The notes below the pieces were generated by a model that saw only the letters and a list, made by a program, of their open reading frames with translations, searched no databases and was not told the origin of the DNA. Shown one piece after another: positions 38,536 through 52,764 of a stretch of DNA of 64,000 nucleotides; position 1 is the stretch's first letter, and every line of letters begins with the position of its first letter. The stretch lies in contig OZ024755.1 in NCBI GenBank assembly GCA_964016885.1, positions 7,068,001 through 7,132,000 of the forward strand, in the 5' to 3' direction. A program made the position numbers and the translations under genes. This stretch comes from Eledone cirrhosa (taxonomy: Eukaryota).

Positions 38536-39087
38536 TATTGACTTTGAGAACGAACTTATTGTACGGAGAAGACAAGACAACTAATACAACAAACCAGACT
38601 AATACCTATCAGCAAACAGTTATTTTATATGATAACTATAGATCACTTATCGAAAATGACATAAAAGTTAATTGATGAATCGATTTAAATCAAAGAAGTG
38701 GTGTCTAATGTATACGCCATCAATCTAAATCAACATCCGTGTATGTATATATTATATATACCTGGAAATAGAACTTGTGTCTCTCTGTTTACATATTTGT
38801 ATATACACTCTGTTATTTAGAAGCCAAACTACAAAGTCTTCTGTTAAGGGAAATATTTATTTAAAAAGAAAAGGAAACAAAAAGAGAAAGTAAGTCTAAA
38901 TAATTTATATTTAAATTTATGAATATATTTGTTTGTTTCGAAGTATTTCTTCCGTAAACTTGAATTATTCCGAAGGTAAAATTTAATCATTTATTTTTAT
39001 TTTCTTCTTTCTCCGAATAGATATATTTAAGCAGCACTAAATACCTTTTTAATCGGTCACCTGTTTTATTTCTGACACAAAATAAAA

Positions 39088-39570
39088 ATGTCTACACCTG
39101 CTCGTCGTCGTTTAATGAGGGACTTTATGAAGCTGCAAGACGACCCTCCTGCGGGCGTCAGTGGTGCACCTACCGACAACAACATCATGCTGTGGAACGC
39201 TGTGATTTTCGGCCCGACAGACACACCATTTGAGGACGGTACCTTTAAATTAACCATCAAATTCACAGAGGAATACCCGAATAAACCACCGGCCGTACGT
39301 TTCTCTTCTAAAATGTTTCACCCTAACATCTATGCGGATGGCAGTATCTGCTTGGACATTCTCCAAAATCGATGGAGCCCCACATACGATGTATCTTCTA
39401 TACTAACATCTATTCAGTCGTTGCTTGACGAACCCAATCCCAACAGTCCTGCAAATAACCTGGCCGCCCAACTCTACCAAGAGAACCGACGTGAGTATGA
39501 GAAAAGAGTAAAGGCCATAGTAGAAGAGAGTTGGATCTATCAAGGTAATGGTGCTACTTCTTCGGAATAA
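39088..39570 (+). CDS. UBE2A: Ubiquitin-conjugating enzyme E2 of the Rad6/UBE2A-B family, intronless CDS
   Basis: [13 protein letters not shown]..., [25 protein letters not shown] with the catalytic Cys, PNPNSPAN; intact 160-aa ORF. Confidence 0.95.
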   Translation: MSTPARRRLMRDFMKLQDDPPAGVSGAPTDNNIMLWNAVIFGPTDTPFEDGTFKLTIKFTEEYPNKPPAVRFSSKMFHPNIYADGSICLDILQNRWSPTYDVSSILTSIQSLLDEPNPNSPANNLAAQLYQENRREYEKRVKAIVEESWIYQGNGATSSE

Positions 39571-40109
39571 TGGAGAGTCGTGTCTCTGTTGCCTTCTTGT
39601 CGGACATTCAATGTTAGCTAATGTTTTTGAACTACAGTGAATTTGGGGGTTCAACTCTTTCACTGAATCCTGCCACGTTTCACAAAAAAAAAAAAAATAC
39701 CAAAAAACCACACACATGTATACAAAACCAAACACTAAGAAAATACACAAAGAAAAACAAAACAAACCAACGAAACAATTCATAAGACAGACCTCATCAT
39801 TATTATATCATTTATTTTATAATTTTCAAGTTTCAAAATCTGGTTGTAATAATGTGGAAAACTTGCCAACATCCACACATATACATATTGACACACATAC
39901 AAACACATATATACACACATATACACACATGAACACACAAACACATATACACACACACATATATATTGCACCATTTATGTTTGTTGGTCTCATGTAAAAT
40001 GAATGGATATCATTTGCTGGGTGTGAAGTGGGAGTGGTGGGTGAGTAATTAATATATTTGGTTAGATTCATTGTTTTGTTGTTGTTGTTCTTGTTATTGT
40101 TACCAACAG

Positions 40110-40230
40110 ATGTTTATCTTCAGAAGTTGTATACAGTCCAGTCCATCACCTGTTCAATTTTACAACAGACCAAGATATATATATTATACATAGAGCTTCA
40201 CCTGCTCAGACAACAATATTATCACAACAC

Positions 40231-40261
<31 letters not shown>

Positions 40262-40491
40262 TACTTCAGAGTAAACAGACCCACCTGCACATTTTGTTGA
40301 GTGCTCTACCCTGCATACTGAAGTAATTAACCAACACATACTTGAATTATATATATATGTGTATGTATAGACCCACACCTATTCAATTAGATAATAATAC
40401 TATCATCACAGACCAAGGTATTATATATAGAACTTCACCTGCTCAAATAGACAAGATTATCATCACAGACCAAGGTCTATATATATATATA

Positions 40492-40525
<34 letters not shown>

Positions 40526-41291
40526 ATGGAGGCACATGGCTTAGTGGTTAGAGCATTTGCCTTGCAATCGAAAGGTTGTGAGTTCAATTCTCAGACCGGG
40601 TCATGTTGTTTCCTTGAGCAAGACGCTTTATTTCACATTGCTCCAGTTTACTCACCTGTAGAAATTATATGATAGGACTGGGGTCTATCATTCCACTGCA
40701 AAGTGGTCGTGAGGATGCCACGGCAAAAAAGCACCCAGCACTCACTGTAAATGAGGTTGGTGTTAGGAAGGGCATCCAGCTGTAGAAATCAAGCCAGAAT
40801 CAGTTCCCATCCCACCCTTGCAAGCAGGGAAAAGCGGACGTAAAATGGTGATATATATATATATACTCTCACCTGTTCAACAGTACTATCATCACAGACG
40901 AAGATATATATATATATATATATATAGGCTCTCACCTGCTGAAATAGAAAAAAGGATCTATCATCACAGACGAAGATATATATATATATATATATAGGCT
41001 CTGACCTGCTGAAATAGAAAAAAGGATCTATCATCACAGACGAAGATATATATATATATAGGCTCTCACCTGCTGAAATTGAAAAAGGGATCTATCATCA
41101 CAGACCAAGATATCATCATCATCATCATCCTCGTTTAACGTACACTTTCCACGCTAGCATGAGTTAGACGGGAGTTGTCCCTCTTGAGGCAAGGTTGGTC
41201 GGGTGACCGTGTCTCGCTCATATAGGACTATCTGGCAGGTCTTCTACGGCTGGATGCCCTTCCTAACACCAACCACATTTACAGTGTGGAA

Positions 41292-41338
<47 letters not shown>

Positions 41339-42020
41339 ATCTCACCTGGTCGGGACAAGATATATATAGGCCTTCACCTGCTCATATAGACAACAACACC
41401 ATGACGATACTCTAAGGTATTGTATATAGACCATTACCTGCTCAATTAGACACCAGTACTATCACAGGCTAAGGTATTATATGGGTTCACCTGCTCAACA
41501 ATACTATCTCTTCTCACAGTATTATATCGACTCTCATCTACTTAATTAGACAACAATACTCACTACAGGTGAAGTTATATAGACCATCACCTCTTCAATT
41601 AGACATTATTTTTATTACAGACCAGGAAGTAAGCCCCATCAGGCTCAACTAGATAGTACTGTCACCACAACCTGGGGAGTTAGAACTGTCTGAGACTGTT
41701 AGCTCACCACAGACTGAGGAGTTAGAACTGAGACTGTTAGCTTGTTTATTACCACAGACTGAGGAGGTAGACAAGCTAACAGTCTCAATTAGACAATTCT
41801 ATCTCTACAGATCAAGGTAGGCAGTACCATCACCACAGACCGTGGTAGACAGTTCCATCTCCATAGATCAAGGTAGGCAGTACCATCACCACAGACCGTG
41901 GTAGACAGTTCCATCTCCATAGATCAAGGTAGGCAGTACCATCACCACAGACCGTGGTAGATGGTTCCATCACCATAGACCGAGGTAGGCGGTTCCATCA
42001 CCACAGATCAAGTTAGACAG
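40110..42020. repeat. Degenerate ~56-64-bp satellite array interrupted by SINEs
   Basis: Recurring CACCTGCTCAATTAGACA..TACTATCATCACAGACCAAGGTA. Confidence 0.7.
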
Positions 42021-45000
42021 CTGAGGACTTACATAAGCCCCATTTTGCACAATTTGAATGAGGACTTTCAGATGTTTCTTCAATGGACCAACCTACTCAT
42101 GAAATAAACAAAGTGACTGAGCATTCCACACACCTGTGTACCCATAACAATTCTGAAGGAGATTTGGTGACAAGGCTGGCCTTTTTATTTACATGTACAT
42201 TCCATCCGATGGGCTTCCAGTTTCTGTCTACCCAATTTCTCTGAAATGGGTCGCCTTTAGTCTATGGTAAATGATACCCTTGATGATATGCTGTGGGATT
42301 GAACCATAGACCAAGTGATTACGAAACAAACAACCAACTGAATATACTGTCTACCAGTCACACCTCTCTTTAGCTAGTAGTATATCTGCACCACCCACCC
42401 CATCAAAGGTTGTCTTACTGGACTCGGGCGTCCTCTCTAACCTATATCAGATTTTCTTCAGAGTGTCTACTCTCCTAGACACGCCTTCACTACAGCTAAT
42501 GGAGTCCGCATCAGCATCATGCTGTCGGTTTTAATAGAAGTCGCTGCACTCCTAGACAGGTTGCCTCCTCTACAGCTTACAGTGTCTGCCTCATGCACTC
42601 ATTTTAACTGGAATCTTAGTCAAACATGTTGAAATACAGAAGGAGAAGGGTATTTTTTCTCATGATGAACCAACTAGCTATGAAACATGTAAAGGCAATC
42701 TCTTATGCCTCTTTCTGTACAGAAAAAAACAATGCTTTTCACATTTGTTTAGTTTCACAGAGGTTTATAAACTAGTTTATACACACAGACAACATTATAT
42801 TGAATTTATCTGAAAACAATCAAAACAACATTCCACAGACATAAGTATGTCTTCACAATTTAGGTGCAATGGTTTCTAATTTAGGCAAAAGGTCAGCACT
42901 GTAGAGGGAGGGAAAAGTCAATTAAATCAACTTCAGTATTTGATTGGCATTTAATTTGTCGCTCCTAGAAGGACAAAAGTCAAACATGATTTTGGTAGGA
43001 TTTAAACTATGCAGTGGTTGGTAATAGGAAAATGATCCAATCGTAGAAAACTTGCCATACTTATGATTGAAAGGACTCTTAAGCTCTGTCAAAGACTTGA
43101 CAATATCCTTAATGTTGGTGCCACGAAACTATGTACATTTTTCTTGTGGCACCAGCATTAGGGAAGTTGTGCCTTTAACACAAAGAGTTCTTCCAACCCT
43201 TTGGCATGTTTTCTATGGTTGGATGCCTTTCCTATCATCAACTATTTATATGCTGTATGTTATCAAATCTCTAGTCTGGTGGGTATAAAACCTGGCTGGA
43301 AGTTGCAGATGATATGGTATTACTTAACTCATCGGAAGATGATCTTCAACATGTGCTTGATAGGTTTGTTGAGTGTTGCATAGCAGGAATAAAGATCAAC
43401 ACTGTGATGACTGAGTTACTGTCTCAAGGAAGACTGCACAGTGCACTCTACATGTGAGTGGAGTTCCACTGATGCAAGTGGTGAAGTTCAAGAATCTCTG
43501 AGCTATTTTCATGAGTGATGGAATGCAGGAGGCTGAATTAAGTGCAAGAGTTGTTCGATATTTTCCCGCATTGCAAATGCAACAAAGGAAAGTATCACCG
43601 GACAGATTTTACAGGCAAATCCAACTGGCAGAAGATCCAGGCATAGATCTCAAACAAGATGGTTGGATAGCATCTATGAGCTTGGTTGGTCTTACTTGGG
43701 GATCCAGTTGGAGATAGTTGCTTCTAACTAGGCCCACAGGAGGAGTGTTTGAGAACTCTGCCTCCATGACCCTTTCAGGAATAAATTTCCAAAGAAGATA
43801 TGTTTTTTCTGGGAAATCTTAATCCCTAGAGTATATCAGCTGAATTATTTCGTATAGATTAAAATCATCCCTGGTACAGCTGAGTAGTCAGTAAGGAATA
43901 CACAAAGAATAATTGAATGAGCCATAGATAATAGAATAATACAGGGTATGTGTGTGTATATATATATATGTATATATATGTATACATATATCATCGTGAT
44001 AATCATCATTTAACGTCTATTTTCCCTACTAGCAAAATTTGGACGGAATTAGCACTCAAATGGAACTACTGACCAGCATCTCACTCACATATGTTGTCGC
44101 ACTTTACCAAGTTCTCAGATGGGCCAGGGACCAGCATCTCACTCACATATGTTGTCGCACCCTACCAAGTGCTCAGATGGGCCAAGGAGCAGCATCTCAC
44201 ATACTTTCTGATACTCAACCAGGTGCATATCATCATGGCAGCTACACTAGGGTGATGGTCATGTCTTTGACACAGCTAAAGGTGAAAATACAGAGTAACA
44301 GGACTTTGACACAGCCTTCATAAAATAATATATCTATATATTCATATATATTTGCTAGCTAGAGAAACGAGGACTGAACGATGGCGATGTATATTAGAAA
44401 TAAAATATTTTAACAAGAATCAAATTTCTTGTTTTCAAGGGAAATAACTCTTAAACCAGCTTCTTCGAGTTGCTTCCTATATCGTAATATCCGTTATTAT
44501 TGGCTTGATGCTATTTAGAGGTATGTATAAGCCTCATTGAACAGATCTATGATCAAACATTCCATCCAGTTTCTTTTACGGGTGACTCAGGGACAGCGCT
44601 GCTATTAAGGTAAACCAGGCAGCCGTCAACGGCGCAGACTTCGCATTACTAAACCGTAAAGGATTATGCATGGCCCTGCAACGTCTGAGGGAATCGTAGG
44701 GTCGTCGTATTGACATACGGCTTTTCTAAGGCATTTTAAAACCTGGCGGAGTCCATATCCTCTCCCAGATCTGAATACAGCAGATTGCTTACAAACAAGG
44801 AGAGAGAATGGAAGCGAGAAAGCGATAGATGAAGAATCGATCCCAGTACATGACTGGTACATTTTTATCGATCTCAATTGGATGAAAGGTAAAGTTGACC
44901 TCGGCAGGATTTGAACTCAGAGAACAGAGAGTCGAAACGAATACGATAAAGCACACTATCCGACGTTCTAACGACTCTGCCATTTGCCGCCTCAAGGAAT

Positions 45001-45932
45001 ATAGTTTTATACAAATTTCTATAATTAAATGAAATATATAATTATTTCTTGCGATCAATAGATCAATCACTGAACATCTTTGCCATGTAACATCACTGTG
45101 GAAATATCCAAAGTGGTGGATAACATAATTTTGCTTAGGTAAGTGTAGACTTTGTAGTAGAAAATGTATAGTTAGTCATTTTCTTGGTGTCAAAAACTAG
45201 GTTTGTCAATTTGCCAAACTGTAAGTAGAAATTATGTTTGGTATAATAAGGGAGATTGGGGTGCACATCGTAGAGCTCGCCTAAGCTGCTAAATAAATGT
45301 AGGGGTAACTTAGGGAGCTAGATGTATGACTAACCTAGGGAGCTAAATGTAGGGCTAGCCAAGGGAGCTAAATGTCAAGGCACCATCATATTCTGTGTTC
45401 TTTATTTATTTAAACAGGAAGATATGATTTTATGGGAAATCGGCTATTATTTCTAGCAAGTCGATTACCTACGCAGATACTCATGTTTCCGTATATGACC
45501 ACACACACACACACACAGTGACATCAACATGTTTATATAAGTGTGTTATTTGTTGGTGACTCAGATACCATTTGTTCCATATCTGTACATCCATACAACA
45601 TGAGTTGCTTTTACGCAGTTTTTATTTTACCAGCATTTTGTGTTGTGTTGGGCCTCCGTTGGTTAAGACGACGAGGGCTTTAGTTGATTCGATCAACGGA
45701 ACAGTCAGTTGCAAATGGTTGAACATATCACAGACTCATGTACCTTTTACTTGACCAAGGTGTAGAGTTTGTCACCCTCCCCCCTTCCTCCTTTATTTCT
45801 TCCGTTGCCAAATAGCCCTTGCTTCCCCTCATTTTCTTATAATTTATGGCTTTTATAGTCCATTCCAATGATGCTTTCTTATTCTATAGATTAAAAGCGG
45901 GGATTATTTATAAAAAAAAAAAATGAACTAAA

Positions 45933-46005
45933 CATCCCTGGTGGGATTCGAACCCACGGCCTCTGGATTAGAAGTCCAGCGCGCTATCCGCTGCGCTACA
46001 GGGAC
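45933..46005 (-). tRNA. tRNA-Arg(TCT), intronless
   Basis: GTCCCTGTAGCGCAGCGGATAGCGCGCTGGACTTCTAATCCAGAGGCCGTGGGTTCGAATCCCACCAGGGATG folds as a cloverleaf; a downstream T run can act as terminator. Confidence 0.95.
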
Positions 46006-47620
46006 ACCACATCAATAGCTGCTCAAAATAAACTACAGATTGCAATTCTATTTTTTTTTTTTTTTTTGTCTAGAGAAATCATTCTTCGTTGCTTGTCTTC
46101 GGAATCACAGATTAAAAAATAATTATACGATTCAATCATAGGAAAAAAAAAGTGACGTCAGTGGGTCCCGAATCCTCGTCGGGCCATTACTCAGAAGCTG
46201 GCTATTAAGCCCTGTTCGTTCGCATTCATCACAGGCGCTGAGCTGGCCAGCCGTAAGTGTAAGCCTCGCGAGCTGGAGTGGCTTTTCCAGTGCGTCTCCC
46301 TTACCGTCCTCCGGGGAAACACCTTCTCCGGGCCGGGGCTGTGGGGAGTCCACCAATATGATTGACTGACTTGTCATTTTATCAACAAAGACACTTATAA
46401 CAACAGAATTTAGATATCACGTTTGACAGAAGACGTATTTACATATGTGACCGTGAAAACAGATTCATTCAAGAAAAGCACTCCTGCACACAAGAATTGT
46501 ATTGAACTCTATTTAAAAAGAGAGCTGTTATGTTTTTTTTTATATAATTGTTTGATTTTTCTTCACCTTTATTGATGAAGCTGTTGGCCAGTTGAACGGT
46601 TGTCACCAAGATAACTAAAGGGTCCCATCTACTCCGGTTTTGAAATCAGAGTGATCATTCTCCTAAACAGACAACTAACGAGCTCTATCCACCCGGTACT
46701 AACCAATACTCGTTCAATATTTTTGAATATTTTATTTTAGCAAGCTTTTGGTGCTTTTTTAATCATATTGGCACTTTTTAACGCGTTTACTCTTGAAAAA
46801 ATTAATTGTTTCTACTTTTGGCACAAGGCCATCAATTACCCAGTGCAGTCTTCGTTCAATTTATGTGTATATTGCCAATTACGATTTTATTTGATGTATC
46901 ATATCTACATGCATATATACTTGCGTATAATATCAATATGCACACTCCACATGCTATAAGAAAACCACCCGAAGGGTGGTTTTTCTGCTAGTGTAACTAA
47001 ATGCCGCAACATATTTCGATACAATGAGAGACGAGAGACGCAATTAATTTGGTATCAGTAATTAATTTCAGCTAGAGGAGAAAGGCAGCTTACTTGGCAG
47101 ATTTAATTGCTTAACTTATAAATGTGTTATATCATATCTGCGAACATATTTTCCTAATATATTTAGCTGTGTCATCAATTATATATTGTATTACGTTACT
47201 TAAATATAGCCAACCTTTTGTACTAACATGTAAGACCGGATTTACATAGAGTTTACAACATTGAAAATTAAAACCGAATGATGAAGGGAGATAGGCGTTG
47301 AAGCAAGATTCACTATCTTCAATTCGGTATTCGTGCCAACCCTTAACTATGCTCATGAATATTTCGTAATGACCGAAAGAATACGATCGTGAATACAAGC
47401 GGCCGAAATGGGATTCCTCCGAAAGGTTTTGGAGTAACGTTACTCGATAAAGTGGAGTGCATAGCTCGGAGAGGAGGAGGAGGAGAAGAAGAAGAAGAAG
47501 AAGAAGAAGAAGAAGCAGCAGCAGCACTGTTTCCTTGTTTTTATAAAAGAATAAGAAGATGAAATCTTCCATAATTTAATAAGAAAATAAAAATTGAATT
47601 GCAAGTAAAAAATAGATAAA

Positions 47621-47693
47621 CATCCCTGGTGGGATTCGAACCCACGGCCTCTGGATTAGAAGTCCAGCGCGCTATCCGCTGCGCTACAGGGAC
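47621..47693 (-). tRNA. tRNA-Arg(TCT), identical second copy
   Basis: Same 73 nt with different flanks; T6 downstream. Confidence 0.95.
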
Positions 47694-48007
47694 CTTACAA
47701 CAACGTTTACTAAAAGAAGACATAAATTGTGTTTTTTAAGACTATCTTTTCTTCTTTCCATGTAATTTCTGCAATACATGTCAGGGAAAGGCTAGTAATT
47801 ACGGTGAAAAGTAAAGTTGACCTTGGTGAGGTTTAAATTTAAAGCGTAGAGAGCCAGAACTAATAATGCAAAACGTTATATCGGAGGTTCTAACGATTGC
47901 AGATTCGCCATCGAGTGTTCTAAGAGAGAATAAAAAATATACCTACGAGAGGCAGTCGAATAATGTAAAAGAAACATTTTTTAAAGATTAATAGAATACC
48001 GTTCATG

Positions 48008-48081
48008 TATCTCCTGACCAGGATTGAACCCCAGACCAAGATCTCCAACAGACCCAATATCTCCCACTCGGCCACTGAGAC
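48008..48081 (-). pseudogene. Degenerate tRNA-like sequence or SINE head
   Basis: A box TGGCCGAGTGG, B box GGTTCAATCC and GTCTC/GAGAT ends, but no valid anticodon arm. Confidence 0.35.
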
Positions 48082-49515
48082 TACTACAATACTCTGCTGA
48101 AAACTGATACTTATAAACCTATTTTCAAAATCGAAATCCAAACAGATCTGGTTTCGTTCATGCCTTTCTTAATGTGGATTCCTTCACGCCAGGTACAAAA
48201 ATAAATAATGTTATTTATAGATAATGAACACAACCACAAGAATATGGTCCGAACTCCCACTGTCACCACCTCCATCTCTCTAGCTCTCCCCCATCTCTCT
48301 GTATGGTGAGCAAATGGGGTCCCACGTGCTGGTCTCCCCACAGCCCCGGCGGACAGAATGGAGAAGGCGTTTCCCTGGAGGATGGTAAGGGAGATGCGCT
48401 GGAAGAGCCATATCTGGAGTCGCATAATCATATCTTATCTAGTTAATTTCCTGACTATGTTATAAAGGAAATACTATATATGTGAATTAATTACTGAAGA
48501 ATTTGGTGGGATTTACTAGAATTATTAATTATTTCATTATGGAGGGCGGTGGATTGGCAGTATCGGTAAGGCGTCGGATAACATGCTTAGTGGCATAGAG
48601 TTACGATCTGAATTCAAATCCCGCCGAGGTTAGCTTTGCGTTTCATCCTTACAGGGCCGATAAATAAAGTACCAGTCACGCACTAGGGATTTAATCGACT
48701 TTCCCCTCTTCCCCCAAAAATTGCTGGCCTTGTACCTAAATCAGAAACCATTAGTTATTTCATTATGAAGATGATATTTGTAATATTACAAAAGGTTTTT
48801 ATATAAAATTATATTGTAAGGTTATAATTTCATGAGAATTCCTTTAAAATTGATAGTTTTGCTTTATAGAACCAGAGGTGGTTTTGAGCGTGTTGTTATG
48901 AAAATAGTTAAAACTAAACTCGAGCTAAACACAAGTTTTTCAAGAGTTCTTGGTAGCCTTTGGAAAAATTGGCTAGTTGATTCTACATTCTACATTCTAG
49001 AAACTACAAACAGTTTATTTTTGGACAAAAACTTCTAATATTCAGTTGCTATTTACGCTATGAAAGAATTGTCTTATCAAAGCAAATTTTCAAAACATAA
49101 ATAAGATTTTCTTTTTGTTATTTCAATTTAATTAGTTTTAGTTTTTATACAACAATCCCAAAACTGTTGGTTTATCTTCCCCATCTCATATATTTGAACG
49201 GTTATTTCATAAAATGTTCTTCTTTCGTCCATATTAACAACACAGCTATTCTTGTAACATGAATAATTATCAATTTTATCTTTGTGATTTCACACGGAAC
49301 GAGTTATTTATAAATCTACTAGAAATATTATTCGAAAGTTTGATTTGTATCTAGGTATGTGGTTTTCTTGGCGATTGTATACAAGGAATATTTAGAGTCC
49401 CTTCTTTTTATTAATATATATATATATATATATATATAACGAAGGAAGTGTGGTAAGAAACCAGGTGGACCATAACGCACCAGAGTACTCGATACTTAGG
49501 ATAGTAGAGTGGGTA

Positions 49516-49640
49516 ATAGGAAAAGAGTCAGGACCCCGATGGCTGAGCTCCGGCCGTTTCCACAGCTAAATCCGAACAGTTCGGATTTAGCTGTCGAAAC
49601 GCCCGGAGCTCAGCCGTCGGGGTCCTGAATCTTTTCCTAT
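49516..49640. repeat. 125-bp near-perfect palindrome
   Basis: 62-bp arms around position 49578 with about 4 mismatches. Confidence 0.9.
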
Positions 49641-49654
49641 ATATATATATATAT

Positions 49655-50577
49655 AGTGCATTACTGGTTCTTTATTTTATCGACCCCATAAGGATGAAAA
49701 GTAAAGTTAACCTCGGCGGGATTTGAACTCAGGTTGGCAAGGGCCATAACTCTATGCGTCAAAGCATGGTGTCCGACCCTCTACCGATACTGCCAATCCA
49801 CCAATGATAATTGTTTCTACTTTTGGAACAAGGCCAGCAATTACCCAGTGTATTACTGGTACTTTATTTTATCGACCCCGTAAGGATGAAAGGCAAAGTT
49901 AACCTCGGCGGGATTTGAACTCAGACCGTAGAGGGACGTAACTCTATGCTTCCAATAATTGTTTCTACTTTAGGCACAAGGCCAGCAATTACCCAGTGCA
50001 TTACTGGTACTTTTTTTATCGACCCCGTAAGGTTGAAAGGCAAAGTCAACCTCGGCGGGATTTGAACTCTGATCGTAAAGGGACGTAACTATGCTGGAAA
50101 TCATGGTGTCTGACCCTCTACCGATACTGCCAATCCATTGTAATTTTGGTAGAAGCCAGTAATTTTTAGGGAAGATGATATCAAGTATAACAGCCCTAGT
50201 ATTTGGCTGGTATTTCATTTTATCATTCCTAGAAGGATGAAAGGCGAAATGGACTTCGGTGAGATTTGAACTCAGAATGGAAAGGGCCGTAACTCTATGC
50301 GTCAAAGCATGGTGTCCGACCCTCTGTTTTTCTGCATCTGTACAATATAACAAATTGTTATGTTTTTCTTTTTCAATTTAATACATTTTATCATTAATTG
50401 TTTCTACTTTAGGCACAAGGCCAGCAATTACCCAGTACATTACTGGTACTTTATTTTATCGACTCCGTAAGGATGAAAGGCAAAGTTAAGCTTGGCGGGA
50501 TTTGAACTCAGACCGTAAAGGGACGTAACTATGCTAGAAAGCATGGCGTCCAACCCTCTACCGATACTGCCAATTCA
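49655..50577 (-). mobile_element. Cluster of ~5 co-oriented Meta-domain-like SINEs
   Basis: Repeated family core and tail. Further copies at ~27137-27328, ~32185-32365, ~34945-35150, ~35625-35812, ~37545-37670 and ~63205-63360 (-), and ~48543-48750, ~54410-54950, ~57655-57872 and ~61465-61625 (+). Confidence 0.75.
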
Positions 50578-50775
50578 TTATCATTAATGATATCTGTTCT
50601 GGGCACAATACCAGATTTCTATCTTCTATAGTGTTACCCAATTAAATATCTTCAGCTTTTTACCTACTGCGTTGTCAACTTTCCAAAGTAGAGAAGGTTT
50701 TAACACTGACCAGAGACTGACGAAAGAACTGAAATACATTCCATATTTGGTCATCTATTATCTCATCCAAATCAA

Positions 50776-50875
<100 letters not shown>

Positions 50876-51156
50876 CGAGTGAGTTGCATTATGTCGAGTG
50901 ATCACCCAATATTACACAAGGAATTACATCAGTCTCCTGTTATTTTATAATATATGTGTATATATATATATAAATATATAAACATATATGTTTTATATAT
51001 ATATATATATATATAAAACATATATATTTATATATTTATATATATAGGACTGTATGAACCCGACCGCAACGCCTAGCGGTTTTCCGGTTGTATGTAGCAA
51101 GCCAACTCGGGGGTATATTTGCGGTTTCCCCGGTCGTCTCGGTACCGCAAATTTCA

Positions 51157-51187
<31 letters not shown>

Positions 51188-51409
51188 GCTAATAAATTTA
51201 CACATTGAGTCTGTAGACACATAAACATGGAAATTGAAAAACAAACACCTTAATTACCTTTAATCGGCTTTCAAGCCTAGTTAGGTTTTAATCAGAAGAC
51301 ACATATATCTTAATATGAGCGCTAATATGCAAATCAATACGCCTATTTCAGGATACTATTATAGCTGATAGCGTATATAAGCCGTAGTTGTTTAGATCAT
51401 ATACACACA

Positions 51410-51485
<76 letters not shown>

Positions 51486-51743
51486 ATAAAATAACAGGAG
51501 GCTGGACTGGTGTAAATCTTTGAAAAGTTTATTATACTATGATCATTTATTATACTTTGACCATACGGAATGACCAATTCTATCCAGTGGTGAACCAACA
51601 AACCTAAATATATATATAAGGATTAGCGTCCGAAACGTTAAGACCCCCTTCCTGCTATATCAAGCATTAACCTAATATATCCCTTCCATATACTGCACCA
51701 ATTGTGTTGTTATTTCTGTTTACCTTTTACATACATACATACA

Positions 51744-51788
<45 letters not shown>

Positions 51789-51931
51789 AATAGGGCGCGC
51801 ATAGAACAAAGACAATAGAAAAAGCAACGAAAGATAGATAGTCCCATCACATCAGTCAACATTTAGAAATTACTACGGTTTCGATTCATTAAGATTGATA
51901 CTATTCATTCCAATGCACATGTGTGTGTGTC

Positions 51932-51985
<54 letters not shown>

Positions 51986-52349
51986 GAAGTGAGAAAGTAG
52001 ATAGAGTTATAGAGAAACAAACCAGCCCAGTTCTGAACTGGAAAAGATGCAAGGCAAAGCTGACCTCGCGGGATTTGAACTCAAAGCACAGAACAGAAAG
52101 CCTAAAACAAATACTGCAAAACACTCTACCCTGGGATCTAACGACTGTGTTACTTCAGCGCCTTAATATCAAGAATACAAAATACCTAAGATGGATCCCT
52201 TTCGTTTGGTAAATTCCCTAAATATTTGGTGACAAAAGCAAAAAATGTTTAAATCAGGCAAAATTTGAAACACCTTCACTTAGTTTTGACCGCTCAACTA
52301 TTTCATCTTATCAGATAAAACACCGTGTGACGCTATTTACTTGTATATA

Positions 52350-52418
<69 letters not shown>

Positions 52419-52452
52419 CACGTGTGTATGTGTGTGTATACACACACACATA

Positions 52453-52515
<63 letters not shown>

Positions 52516-52665
52516 TTGTATGTATATGTATGTTTGTAAACATATACGTTTCTATGCATATGTAGTTTTTTTTTTTAGGTTTGCGTGTGTGTATGTGCAT
52601 ATATATTTGTTTGATTACATATATATATATATGTGTGCGCACACACACACACACACACAAACACA

Positions 52666-52764
<99 letters not shown>

